Source: a virus
DNA length: 64,000 nucleotides
Direction: 5' to 3' (one strand)
IMG/VR virus record: IMGVR_UViG_3300020182_000007
Below are positions 53,222-62,193 of this stretch, in pieces. The notes below the pieces were generated by a model, which was not told where the DNA came from, did no database searches, and saw nothing but the letters and a program-made list of their open reading frames with translations. Each line of letters opens with the position of its first letter. Position 1 is the stretch's first letter. Made by a program: the position numbers and the translations under genes.

Positions 53222-54892
53222 TTATTCTATCCTTTCGATATCGAACTTAGAAAATCCATTGTCTCGATATATCAGCAATCTTTTATCAAAGATCTCATGT
53301 GGTAGTTGAGAATGATTTATTACAAACGTATTTATCTTATTTTCTTTAATAACTTGGCTTAATATCTTTAATATGTTATGTACTCCGTCTGGATCAACAG
53401 AACTTAATAACTCATCCAAGAACAATAAGTTTAATTGAGGAAACCTTAATTTAAGGATCTTAATGATTGCGATAATAATAATGAAATCTGCTTTTTTGCG
53501 TTCTCCAGTAGAAAGAGTCATTGGATTAATTTCTTCACCTAAATGATTAATAATACAATTGAACTTTTCATCAAATCTAATATGAAACTGCAAGTGCATT
53601 GTTGCAGCCATAGCTGCAATATTAGTATTTAATCCTGGTAAGATAGTTTTAACAGCTAGATTTTTAACACCGTCCTCGCCTAATATAGTTTCTACCATTT
53701 CCATGAATTGATAGTCATTTGATAGCTTACTAGATTCTTTAGACTTTTCAGACTCTTTTTCTTCAAATTCTTTAACTAATGTCTTAAGGTGTTCAAATTG
53801 ATCTCCACTTGATGTATCTTTTATTTTAATTAATTCATTCTTTAAAGAATGCATTAGGTATTTTATTTCAGAAACTGAATTATCAATTTTCTTTTTATCT
53901 TTTAATAAATGATCTATTTTAACTTTGGTATTATCCATTAATATTTTTTGCGTCTTAATTTGTTCAGCACTATTCTCTAGTTGGCTAGTAAACTCATCTA
54001 ATTTTTGAGTATGCCAATCGCTGTCTAATTTAGTTTCACAAGTTGGACAATTACCACTCTCATATAAATTCACTTTCTTTTTAAGATATTCAATCTCGTG
54101 TTTTAATGTACTTGCATTGTTTCTAGCCTCGTCATAGTTTGTATTAAGATCTCCAATAGTTAATGCAAGTTCTCCTTTACTTATTTTTAGATCTTTTGCT
54201 GAATCATTAAGTTCTATTAGTTGATTTTTTAGATCTTGTATCTTTTCTTTATTTTTTAGTGAAGATTCTTCTAATAGAGTATTTAATTTTTGGCGTACTG
54301 AACCTATTGATTCCATTATTTGACTCAGCTCATGATCGTACGTTGTAATATCGTTCTTTATTAGTTTTCTCTCTTCTTTAATTTGATTTTGCATATCATT
54401 CAACACCGAGAACCCAAACATTTTATCAATAATTTGTTTCTTGTCACTGTTGCTCATTGTTAAGAATGATTTAAAATCGTTAATTGATAGAATAATAATG
54501 TTCTTAAAAACATGATAAGGTATTCCAAAAACTTCTTCCTCTAGATAATCTTGGACGCTTTTTTTACCAGCTTTATCAAATTCTACCCCATTTAACTTAA
54601 CACTAAATAGTCCAGGAGAAAGGCCACGTTCTATTTCAACGCTGATGTTTCCGCATTGTAGATTTATTTTAACCCAAAGTTCTCCGTTAATTCTATTAGG
54701 CAAGTCTCCAAGTTTTACTCCTTCAACCTTGCCATATAACGCATATATAATTGCATTTGCAATAGTTGTCTTTCCGTCACCGTTTTTACCTAGTGTTAGA
54801 AACAACTCTGAAAATTCTTCATCAAACTCTAGCTTTTGAATCTGATTACCGTAGCTTGCAAAATTCTTAAATTGTATTGAATCTATTCTCAT
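53222..54892 (-). CDS. gp46: Rad50/SbcC-like recombination ATPase
   Basis: Walker A GKNGDGKT, Zn hook CPTC, signature LSTGE and Walker B LFLDE. Confidence 0.95.
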   Translation of the reverse strand: MRIDSIQFKNFASYGNQIQKLEFDEEFSELFLTLGKNGDGKTTIANAIIYALYGKVEGVKLGDLPNRINGELWVKINLQCGNISVEIERGLSPGLFSVKLNGVEFDKAGKKSVQDYLEEEVFGIPYHVFKNIIILSINDFKSFLTMSNSDKKQIIDKMFGFSVLNDMQNQIKEERKLIKNDITTYDHELSQIMESIGSVRQKLNTLLEESSLKNKEKIQDLKNQLIELNDSAKDLKISKGELALTIGDLNTNYDEARNNASTLKHEIEYLKKKVNLYESGNCPTCETKLDSDWHTQKLDEFTSQLENSAEQIKTQKILMDNTKVKIDHLLKDKKKIDNSVSEIKYLMHSLKNELIKIKDTSSGDQFEHLKTLVKEFEEKESEKSKESSKLSNDYQFMEMVETILGEDGVKNLAVKTILPGLNTNIAAMAATMHLQFHIRFDEKFNCIINHLGEEINPMTLSTGERKKADFIIIIAIIKILKLRFPQLNLLFLDELLSSVDPDGVHNILKILSQVIKENKINTFVINHSQLPHEIFDKRLLIYRDNGFSKFDIERIE

Positions 54893-55998
54893 CTGTCTAT
54901 ATCGTGGTTATATGCACAAAGATCATGCAACTGCTTTAGCTTGTTTTTTAACTTTTGTTTAGTATCTTCATCGTGATTTAAATTATCAACGTATGAGCTG
55001 CATAAGTTTAAGATGTTATAATTCTTATAAATTTCATCATCTAAGTCATGAAAATCCTTGTCAATTATATCGTCTTCTTGGTAGATATTAGGATCTAATT
55101 TTCTGCCTACATTTTGAATCTTATTAATAAATAAACTCAATGAGTTAGATGTTGCAATTTTACTTGGAACGTATAGATCAACAAAATTATTTCTAATTTC
55201 ATCTTTAAAATCACCAAGAGTTACATCGAACAACTTTGTGATATTATACTTTAAAAACTTTGGTGATACGTTATTTGGAAAGAATGTCTCATCCATTGTC
55301 TCTAGATCAACTAGGTCAAATCCTTTTTGATTGCCGCTGTCAGATCTTGTAAGCTCGTATGGTGTACCAACCATTAATAATCTTCCTTTTTCTTGCCTAT
55401 AGTGGATATGTCCAGAAAAAACTCTATCATATTTATTAAATATGTTTGGCCTGTTTCCATGCTGATTTTTAACCTTAGCATTTAAATATATTCCACTGAC
55501 CTCAGAGTGACAAAACACTATATTAGCTTCTGGAAATTCAGATAAAGTATCGGTTTCATGAGAAGCGTCTCTTCTCCATGGCATCATTAATATATTCTTA
55601 TTATGCCATTTCATTAACTTTGGTTCTTTATAGATCTGAACATTTGGAATCCATTTTAATGAATCTATTGAAGTGATATCATTACTCTTCTTTGCCCATA
55701 TATCATGGTTTCCGCATATAATATGAACTGGTAATATTTCACCTAGCCTTTCAAACAGATCTACAACGTAACTTAAAACTTTAAGATTAATTGATTGTCT
55801 ATTATCGAAAGTATCTCCAACTTGTACCAGAACATCTCCTGGTTTTACATTTTTTTTTAGAGTTGGTATAAATACCTTCTCAAAGAATTCTTTTTGTATC
55901 TCTAGCCATTCTATTGAGTTTGCCCTGACTCCAAAATGGAGATCACCGAGTACCCATACTCGGTTTGCTCCTTGATTAAAAGTTTTAGCATCAATCAT
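54889..55998 (-). CDS. gp47: Mre11/SbcD-like recombination nuclease
   Basis: GDLHFG, GDTFD, GNHD and SGHIH. Confidence 0.95.
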   Translation of the reverse strand: MIDAKTFNQGANRVWVLGDLHFGVRANSIEWLEIQKEFFEKVFIPTLKKNVKPGDVLVQVGDTFDNRQSINLKVLSYVVDLFERLGEILPVHIICGNHDIWAKKSNDITSIDSLKWIPNVQIYKEPKLMKWHNKNILMMPWRRDASHETDTLSEFPEANIVFCHSEVSGIYLNAKVKNQHGNRPNIFNKYDRVFSGHIHYRQEKGRLLMVGTPYELTRSDSGNQKGFDLVDLETMDETFFPNNVSPKFLKYNITKLFDVTLGDFKDEIRNNFVDLYVPSKIATSNSLSLFINKIQNVGRKLDPNIYQEDDIIDKDFHDLDDEIYKNYNILNLCSSYVDNLNHDEDTKQKLKNKLKQLHDLCAYNHDIDR

Positions 55999-55999
55999 A

Positions 56000-56437
56000 T
56001 TAAAATAATTTTGATATGTTTTTTCTTCCTAATACTCCTGTTTTACTATCTAGTTCTTGTATTAGATCTTCTTTGTAATTATTAGATAGTGAGCTGTAAA
56101 ATTTAGTTGGATTAATATCGAAATAAACACACAACTCGCTGAATAAATCTATTCTAGTGTTAGTATCTATCATTTCTCCTACAATATATCCATACACATT
56201 GTTGATGTCTAACTTTTTTAATTTTACGTTTCTTCCATGTTCATCAATCACATTAAATTCTTTAAATCTAGATGATGTTATTAGTTCATGAATTTCTTTA
56301 GCTATTAATGCATATTGAATCTTATCTTCTTCTGGAGTATTGTCCTTATAGTTAGGATCTACTTCAAAAGAGAAGTTTGGTATCATTTCAAAATCCGGAG
56401 ATTCGAAATTATTATCAAATATTTTATCTGTTTTCAT
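56000..56437 (-). CDS. hypothetical protein
   Basis: 145-aa ORF between helicase and gp47. Confidence 0.8.
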   Translation of the reverse strand: MKTDKIFDNNFESPDFEMIPNFSFEVDPNYKDNTPEEDKIQYALIAKEIHELITSSRFKEFNVIDEHGRNVKLKKLDINNVYGYIVGEMIDTNTRIDLFSELCVYFDINPTKFYSSLSNNYKEDLIQELDSKTGVLGRKNISKLF

Positions 56438-57753
56438 TATATTCCGTGTAAATTACTGTTTGTTATATTATCAGTCTCTATTAATCGCATATAGTTCCAA
56501 TTAATGTTTAACTGACATTTAGTTCCTTTTCCTTCTCCATCTCTCATCTTTAATATTTTAAGCCAATATTCATTACTTGCTCTCATTAAATCATCTTGAA
56601 TAATTCCAAACATAACATCTGCAGTATGTGAAAGTCCTGCAGATTCGGCAATATCAGTCATCGTAATATCGCTTGAATTATATCCGCTTCTTGTTATCTG
56701 AGTTGCTGTAACTATTAACCAATCATGTCTTTGACCCATTGCTCTTAAATCTTCAGCTATTTGCTTTATTTTTAAGTATGTGTTTTCGCTATTAGGATTT
56801 CTATAGTTTGCTAAAATGTTAATATAGTCAATAACTACTGCTCCTATCTTAACCTGATGCTCTTCTTCAACTTGTGTTAAATAAGCATCAATATCTAAAA
56901 CAGTAGCCTGTGATGTTGGCATTTGTTTAATAAATAGCTGACCGGGTGGAGTTAGTCCATCTCCTACTGTCTCAAGCCTTCTTTTAATACTGTCTTTGTT
57001 TTTTGCTTTTTCAGCGTATTCATTAATATCAATTGACAATAAATTAGAACCTATCCTCTTTACGAATTTATGAGCGGCCATCTCTGCCGTAATAACAACA
57101 GTGTTTACTCCCATTTTAACAAAATTAGCAGCATCGTTTGCAAGATATATTGACTTACCAATATTTTGCTCTCCAGCATATACCACTAAGTTACCTCCTT
57201 TATCATAACCTCCACTAAGAACTCGATCAACAAAATTATATCCAGAACTTACTTTTTCAGATTCTTTTTGATCGTGATCATCTGGATTAAAAAAGTTTAA
57301 TCCAAGATCAGAGTTAAACGTAATGTTGTTTCTCTCGTTAATTAAACCCTTAACCTTTTGAATAATACTGTCTGAATTTTCAGGAGTTACTTTCGTCGTT
57401 TTAATAAATTCAATAGTATCTGTAAGAGAAGTGTCAAACGTTCTCCACTTGATCCAAGATTCGGCAGTACTAGTTAGCCATTCATCGTCATATTGATCTA
57501 AGTCAACTCCAAAAATAACATCAAGAATACCGTCTGTTATCTTTTCTTTTGATTTTTTACTATTTTGAGCTAAGAGTTTAAGTTGCTCCTTTCCAGGAGC
57601 TTCATGAAACTTAATGTAAAATTTATTAGCAAGGTAGCTTAAAATATCAATTTCTTCTGAAGTATAATACCCAGATTTAATACTTTGAAGATACTTTGGT
57701 TTTACTAATGATAGTCTAAAAAATATTTTTTCAAAGTCTTGTCCGAATTGCAT
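56437..57753 (-). CDS. gp41: DnaB-like replicative helicase
   Basis: GEQNIGKS, ITAEM, VIDYI, TATQITR and ESAGLSHTAD. Confidence 0.93.
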   Translation of the reverse strand: MQFGQDFEKIFFRLSLVKPKYLQSIKSGYYTSEEIDILSYLANKFYIKFHEAPGKEQLKLLAQNSKKSKEKITDGILDVIFGVDLDQYDDEWLTSTAESWIKWRTFDTSLTDTIEFIKTTKVTPENSDSIIQKVKGLINERNNITFNSDLGLNFFNPDDHDQKESEKVSSGYNFVDRVLSGGYDKGGNLVVYAGEQNIGKSIYLANDAANFVKMGVNTVVITAEMAAHKFVKRIGSNLLSIDINEYAEKAKNKDSIKRRLETVGDGLTPPGQLFIKQMPTSQATVLDIDAYLTQVEEEHQVKIGAVVIDYINILANYRNPNSENTYLKIKQIAEDLRAMGQRHDWLIVTATQITRSGYNSSDITMTDIAESAGLSHTADVMFGIIQDDLMRASNEYWLKILKMRDGEGKGTKCQLNINWNYMRLIETDNITNSNLHGI

Positions 57754-57770
57754 ATATAGTTATTTAAAGG

Positions 57771-57797
57771 TTATATACAATTTTAGTCTTCTGTTTC
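57771..57797 (-). promoter_or_regulatory. putative middle promoter GAAAC-N16-ATATAA (helicase)
   Basis: Exact motif match. Confidence 0.6.
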
Positions 57798-58895
57798 TTC
57801 TAACATTTCTTCAATGTCTAAAGTACTTGATTCTGAATTGTAATTAAAAAGAGGCTGTATGTGTTCGTCTATTTTTTCTAGAACCTCGCGAGTAAACACC
57901 GTTTCTGTAAAGAATTCCGAGTTTGGTACTACTGTATCCAGATGATCACAGATCCAACCTCTTGCGGTAGACTTAGGAACTTTAACACCCTTTTCGATAG
58001 TTCCTCTAGTGATGCCACAAATATCCCAGGTTGCGTACTGTTCGAGACCGACATAAGGATTCATACCTTCACTAAAATTCAAATGGAATTTAATATTAGT
58101 TGGTTTTGCAAAACGATTCTTAGAAGGCTTTGCTGTTACAATAATACCGACTTTATCTGCGCCATCTTTTAATTGTGCCTTGTTCAGCATCAATACAATA
58201 GAGGCCGCATACTCTGGTCCAGTTCCACCGCCTGCTATTTGCATTGGAATAAAGGATTGAGATTGGTATGTATGATTTGTAAAAATAAATGGAATCTTTA
58301 AATCGGCCAATGGGGTCATTATAATTCTAAAAATTGATTTAAGAATCTTTGAACGAGTCATATCACTCTTTTCGCTTCCACTTGCAGCATCTGCTATTTC
58401 CTTTGCAGTTGCTAAGTTACCTGCAGAATCTAAGATAATCATTAGCTTTGGTATATTTCCACCCGATCTTTTAATCTCCTGCATCTTCTTAGTAATCGTA
58501 GTTACTGATGTTCTAAACTCTTGAACGGTATTAATCGGCTGATAGTTTACCTTGGTAATATCAATGCCAAACTTAATCATTTGTTCTTTATCTACAGCCG
58601 CTTCAGAATCATAATAGATTATATTATAACCCATGTTTATTGCTTCTCGTACTGAATTTAGAGTCAAGAAAGTTTTACCTGTTCCTGAAGGACCTGCAAC
58701 AGAACAAGATCTGTTATTTGGCCATCCTTTAAAAAGAGAACCACCAACACACGCATTCAAGTGATAGTTTCCCGTGTTAATCCATTCAGTAACTTCAGAA
58801 AAAGTGGACTGGTCCATAACAGATCCAAGGGGATTTAATTCTGCTAACTCTGCATTTAAATCTGCAAAGCTAAATGTTTTATTATTTTTTGCCAT
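57783..58895 (-). CDS. uvsX: RecA-like recombinase
   Basis: GPSGTGKT, YYDSE, ILDSAGNL, FTNHTY and GGGTGPEYAAS. Confidence 0.95.
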   Translation of the reverse strand: MAKNNKTFSFADLNAELAELNPLGSVMDQSTFSEVTEWINTGNYHLNACVGGSLFKGWPNNRSCSVAGPSGTGKTFLTLNSVREAINMGYNIIYYDSEAAVDKEQMIKFGIDITKVNYQPINTVQEFRTSVTTITKKMQEIKRSGGNIPKLMIILDSAGNLATAKEIADAASGSEKSDMTRSKILKSIFRIIMTPLADLKIPFIFTNHTYQSQSFIPMQIAGGGTGPEYAASIVLMLNKAQLKDGADKVGIIVTAKPSKNRFAKPTNIKFHLNFSEGMNPYVGLEQYATWDICGITRGTIEKGVKVPKSTARGWICDHLDTVVPNSEFFTETVFTREVLEKIDEHIQPLFNYNSESSTLDIEEMLEETED

Positions 58896-59073
58896 CGTTT
58901 TTTAATATATTTTTATCTAGTTCTCGAAGAGCCGTAAGCTCTTCTATTAATTTGTCAGCCTCTGCGCTTAAGTTTGACATTTTGTCTTCAAGAAATAATA
59001 GTCTAGTATGTACCTTTTTATACTGTTCTACGATCTCATTTTGCTCGTCGCTAAGTTTAGTTGAATCTATCAT
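58882..59073 (-). CDS. small coiled-coil hypothetical protein
   Basis: 63-aa ORF with overlaps at both ends. Confidence 0.7.
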   Translation of the reverse strand: MIDSTKLSDEQNEIVEQYKKVHTRLLFLEDKMSNLSAEADKLIEELTALRELDKNILKNDGKK

Positions 59074-59249
59074 TTTTTAACTTTTTTAACCTCACCAAAT
59101 ATATTTATTTGACCCGGAAGCTGTTCATCATTAACTTTTTGGCTTTGAGCATCTTTCATACTCCGTATAAGCTCTCTTATACATGCTCCAAATGCCATGT
59201 TATTTGGATTTTCTCCTTCTAGTTTGTATAGTATTTCTTTTAATTCCAT
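59070..59249 (-). CDS. small hypothetical protein, 59 aa
   Basis: Manual translation MELKEILYKLEGENPNNMAFGACIREL...; fills the gap with ATGA overlap. Confidence 0.65.
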   Translation of the reverse strand: MELKEILYKLEGENPNNMAFGACIRELIRSMKDAQSQKVNDEQLPGQINIFGEVKKVKK

Positions 59250-59254
59250 TTTTT

Positions 59255-60457
59255 TTAAAATAATGCAGATGCGTAAATTAAATTAGTATCTAGTGTTTGT
59301 AAACCGATTGCCTTTAATACTCTATTTAAAGGATCAATCATACATTTTTCAAATTGTGTATCGTAGTCAATTGGTGGAGCAAACTCATAAGGATGTTCGC
59401 TTGGCATGTATGCAAACACATCGCTAATGTTATCCTTAACGCTATAGAGTTTTAACTTTTCACCGTTACCAATTAACTTGTACTTATTCTTATATTTTTG
59501 ATTATTATTTAGTAAGTAATTATAGAAACCAGCAGCCTTTACATTAGGTGGACATTTAAGGCCAACTTCTAATGAAATCTGATCATCAACGATATATTTT
59601 TCAATATTATTAGTTCTTTTATTAAAGGCTATATCGTCAATATCAGCGAGCACAAACTCTTTTTTAGTTTGCTTCATAAAGATAACTAGTTCTTCTAATT
59701 CTACAGCTGTTGGTTTTTTATTCTTTGTAAAAAGTAACTTAAGAGCATCTACTAATTTCTTTCTTGCGAAAGGAGGAGTAGATGATTGAATTGTATCGTA
59801 TCCTATTGTTTTTACTTTCTTTAAAGAAGCATGCCTGTCAGTTACCTCTAGCTTATCATCCCATGCTATGTTTTGTATATACTTCTTTTTTGCTAACCAT
59901 ATACCAGAGTATGCTACTGTTTCAAGTTCAAATTGTAAGAAATTGTCAGTGTTTCTGATTACAGCATACCTCTCCATTGTCTTAGCAATATATTCCCTTA
60001 GTCTAAAGTTATAGATTTGAATAATAAAGGTATCGATTGTAAGCTCTTCTCCTAGCCACTCTATTGAGTTGTACATTTCTTCAAACTGTACATAGCAAGA
60101 ATCCGTGTCTATGTAAATTACAGATGGTCTTTCAAGCTGATGCCTTACCTTAATATTAAAATGCTCATGAACAATTGCGTCCTTGTGGAAAAAATCATGA
60201 AAATACTTATTTAATATATTTTCTGAGTAAAGAATAGCGTCCTGTCCCTGTAATGTAATAGATTCTGCTATATCTATATTGAAGAAGTGAAACCACTTAT
60301 TACCAAACGCACCATAAATAGAGTTCAAAGTAACTTTTACCGCTTGTTCATACGCTGTATATTTAGCAGAGAGTGCCTCATATTGTTTAATGAGGCTCTC
60401 TGCTTCTTCTTTAGTCAATTGATCAATTGGTTTGCTCTGTAACCCAGTCACGTCCAT
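59255..60457 (-). CDS. gp43: family B DNA polymerase, C-terminal subunit of a split enzyme
   Basis: Motif B KVTLNSIYG, motif C YIDTDS and KKKY present; no exonuclease domain or motif A. Confidence 0.9.
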   Translation of the reverse strand: MDVTGLQSKPIDQLTKEEAESLIKQYEALSAKYTAYEQAVKVTLNSIYGAFGNKWFHFFNIDIAESITLQGQDAILYSENILNKYFHDFFHKDAIVHEHFNIKVRHQLERPSVIYIDTDSCYVQFEEMYNSIEWLGEELTIDTFIIQIYNFRLREYIAKTMERYAVIRNTDNFLQFELETVAYSGIWLAKKKYIQNIAWDDKLEVTDRHASLKKVKTIGYDTIQSSTPPFARKKLVDALKLLFTKNKKPTAVELEELVIFMKQTKKEFVLADIDDIAFNKRTNNIEKYIVDDQISLEVGLKCPPNVKAAGFYNYLLNNNQKYKNKYKLIGNGEKLKLYSVKDNISDVFAYMPSEHPYEFAPPIDYDTQFEKCMIDPLNRVLKAIGLQTLDTNLIYASALF

Positions 60458-60458
60458 A

Positions 60459-61202
60459 TTATGCAGTTTGGCAGGTTGAAACTGTTAAAAGAGTTTCACT
60501 GTCTTTAGATGCAAATACTACCTTAGATGAAGAAATATAAACATTTTGTTCTTCTTTATCAAGAAGGTTTAAATACTTTTTGTATACTGTAACATTTCCA
60601 TCTCCGTTGCTTTCTGGATTAATCACCACGTTAAATGATTTACCTTTAACGTTAACTCCATTAGCACCAGATTTAATAGCAAACGTTTCGTCTTTATCAA
60701 GTGAAAATAAGTTTTTAACCTTTCCAATTGAATATGTGTCTAATTCAAAGTTAAACGAAGTATCATCTTTTGCAAAGATTACGTTAATTTGTTCTTGGGT
60801 AAGATCTTTAAATCCAAGAGATGGTTCTGAACATGAAAGAGTAATCTCTAGTTCGTCATTAAAAAGACGAAGTGTAGAAGCTACTAGATCTTCATCATTC
60901 TCAATAAATTCGATTTCACCTTTAATTGAATCATTGTCAAAATGCTTGATCGCATCAATAACTTTAGCTCCGTCAAAAAATGCTATTTTCATTTCTTTAC
61001 TAGTTTCCGGTGAGTTAGCAAGTTTAAAAATAGTGTCAGTGTTTACCGCATGATATTTTACAGCGTCTCTTTGTGGAAGATACACTGCCGAAGTTATACG
61101 GTTTTCATCCATTTTCATGTAGATGAAAGAATCAATTAACTTTACACGGTTAATAAAGTCTGTTAGTGAGTTTTGGTCAACTCGATCAATTACTAATTTC
61201 AT
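60459..61202 (-). CDS. gp45: sliding clamp (gp45/PCNA-like)
   Basis: 247 aa, two-domain alpha/beta size and position next to the polymerase; weak motif evidence. Confidence 0.6.
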   Translation of the reverse strand: MKLVIDRVDQNSLTDFINRVKLIDSFIYMKMDENRITSAVYLPQRDAVKYHAVNTDTIFKLANSPETSKEMKIAFFDGAKVIDAIKHFDNDSIKGEIEFIENDEDLVASTLRLFNDELEITLSCSEPSLGFKDLTQEQINVIFAKDDTSFNFELDTYSIGKVKNLFSLDKDETFAIKSGANGVNVKGKSFNVVINPESNGDGNVTVYKKYLNLLDKEEQNVYISSSKVVFASKDSETLLTVSTCQTA

Positions 61203-61228
61203 ATTTTTTTATTTGTTTAAATTTAAAG

Positions 61229-61255
61229 TTATATGGGGATATATCGGTTTGTTTC
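61229..61255 (-). promoter_or_regulatory. putative middle promoter GAAAC-N16-ATATAA (clamp/polymerase)
   Basis: Exact motif match. Confidence 0.6.
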
Positions 61256-61271
61256 ACTGGGAAGTAGACAT

Positions 61272-61302
61272 AAAAAAACCTGAACTAAAAGTCCAGGTTT
61301 TT
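61272..61302 (-). terminator. intrinsic terminator
   Basis: AAAAACCTGGA/TTCAGGTTTTT plus U tract. Confidence 0.75.
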
Positions 61303-61328
61303 AATAGTTTTTGTTATATTATAAATCT

Positions 61329-61775
61329 TTATGCTTGTTTCCAACCGTTTTTACCTACCTCTAAGTTTGACATTGCTTTTATAACATCATCAATTGTAGC
61401 AACATTACCTTTTGTTACATACCAATTGCGTTTGGTACGACCTCCGCTGCCGTCTGTTGGTTGTGCGACTATCTGCATTTCTTTTGGTGCCAATGGTTCA
61501 TAATCGTCAGAGTTAAGAATTCTCCAAGTAAAACTATAATCCAAATCTTTTATTCCAAATATTTCAGTTCCGGTATTTCCTTTAGTCTTTGTATTCATGG
61601 TAAAAAAACCATGGCTATAGTCTACTTCCCATGTTGTAATCCCGGTTGCCTTAATTAATTTTTTTGTTAGTTCTGTACGTTCTTTTAGCCTTAACTTAGC
61701 ATCTTGATTAGAAGTACTATCATCAGCGAATTGAGATTCATTGATAAACTGTTCAAATAATTTAATGTGTTTCAT
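61329..61775 (-). CDS. putative internal head protein (leader MKHIKLFEQFINES)
   Basis: Shared leader. Confidence 0.8.
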   Translation of the reverse strand: MKHIKLFEQFINESQFADDSTSNQDAKLRLKERTELTKKLIKATGITTWEVDYSHGFFTMNTKTKGNTGTEIFGIKDLDYSFTWRILNSDDYEPLAPKEMQIVAQPTDGSGGRTKRNWYVTKGNVATIDDVIKAMSNLEVGKNGWKQA

Positions 61776-61791
61776 TTTATATTTTGTTTTA

Positions 61792-62052
61792 TTAAACTGA
61801 ATAACCGGCGTCTGATAAGTACGATTGTACTACGTCAAGTGCATCATCAAATCCTTTGTTTTTTTCTACACCCGCATTTGGTCCCCATTCTTCTTGCATC
61901 CAGTATTCTAATGACTCAAATCCTTCGTCTTCCCAATCTCTGTTTTTTGGAAATTGAGACTTAAATTCATCTCCAATATTATAAGGATCTATATCATCCC
62001 ATGATTTTCTACCTTCTGTGATAAACTGTTCGAATAATTTAATGTGTTTCAT
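61792..62052 (-). CDS. putative internal head protein (leader MKHIKLFEQFITEG), acidic
   Basis: Shared leader; late promoter at 62079-62086. Confidence 0.8.
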   Translation of the reverse strand: MKHIKLFEQFITEGRKSWDDIDPYNIGDEFKSQFPKNRDWEDEGFESLEYWMQEEWGPNAGVEKNKGFDDALDVVQSYLSDAGYSV

Positions 62053-62102
62053 AATGTTTATTTTCATTTTTTATAATCTATATATCTTTTATTTTTACAA
62101 AT

Positions 62103-62139
62103 AAAAAGGGCAGAGATAGTAGCGAACTTTTCTCTGCCC
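62103..62139 (-). terminator. intrinsic terminator after nrdA (UUCG-capped)
   Basis: GGGCAGAGA/TCTCTGCCC plus U tract. Confidence 0.8.
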
Positions 62140-62193
62140 AAGCCGTAACTATTACGGTCCTAAAATCCGATCGTATTTCAGATCGGCGTTTCT

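Noticed and set aside
1871-61964. Plus-strand ORFs in the track (e.g. 1871-2152, 8660-9358, 24687-25250, 41112-41513, 60580-61053)
   Set aside because: Antisense shadows of strong minus-strand genes with S/L/F-biased composition and no promoter or start context.
14784-62067. N-terminal extensions in the ORF track (14834, 24147, 48010, 62067)
   Set aside because: They overlap upstream genes; the shared leader or a downstream ATG marks the likelier start.
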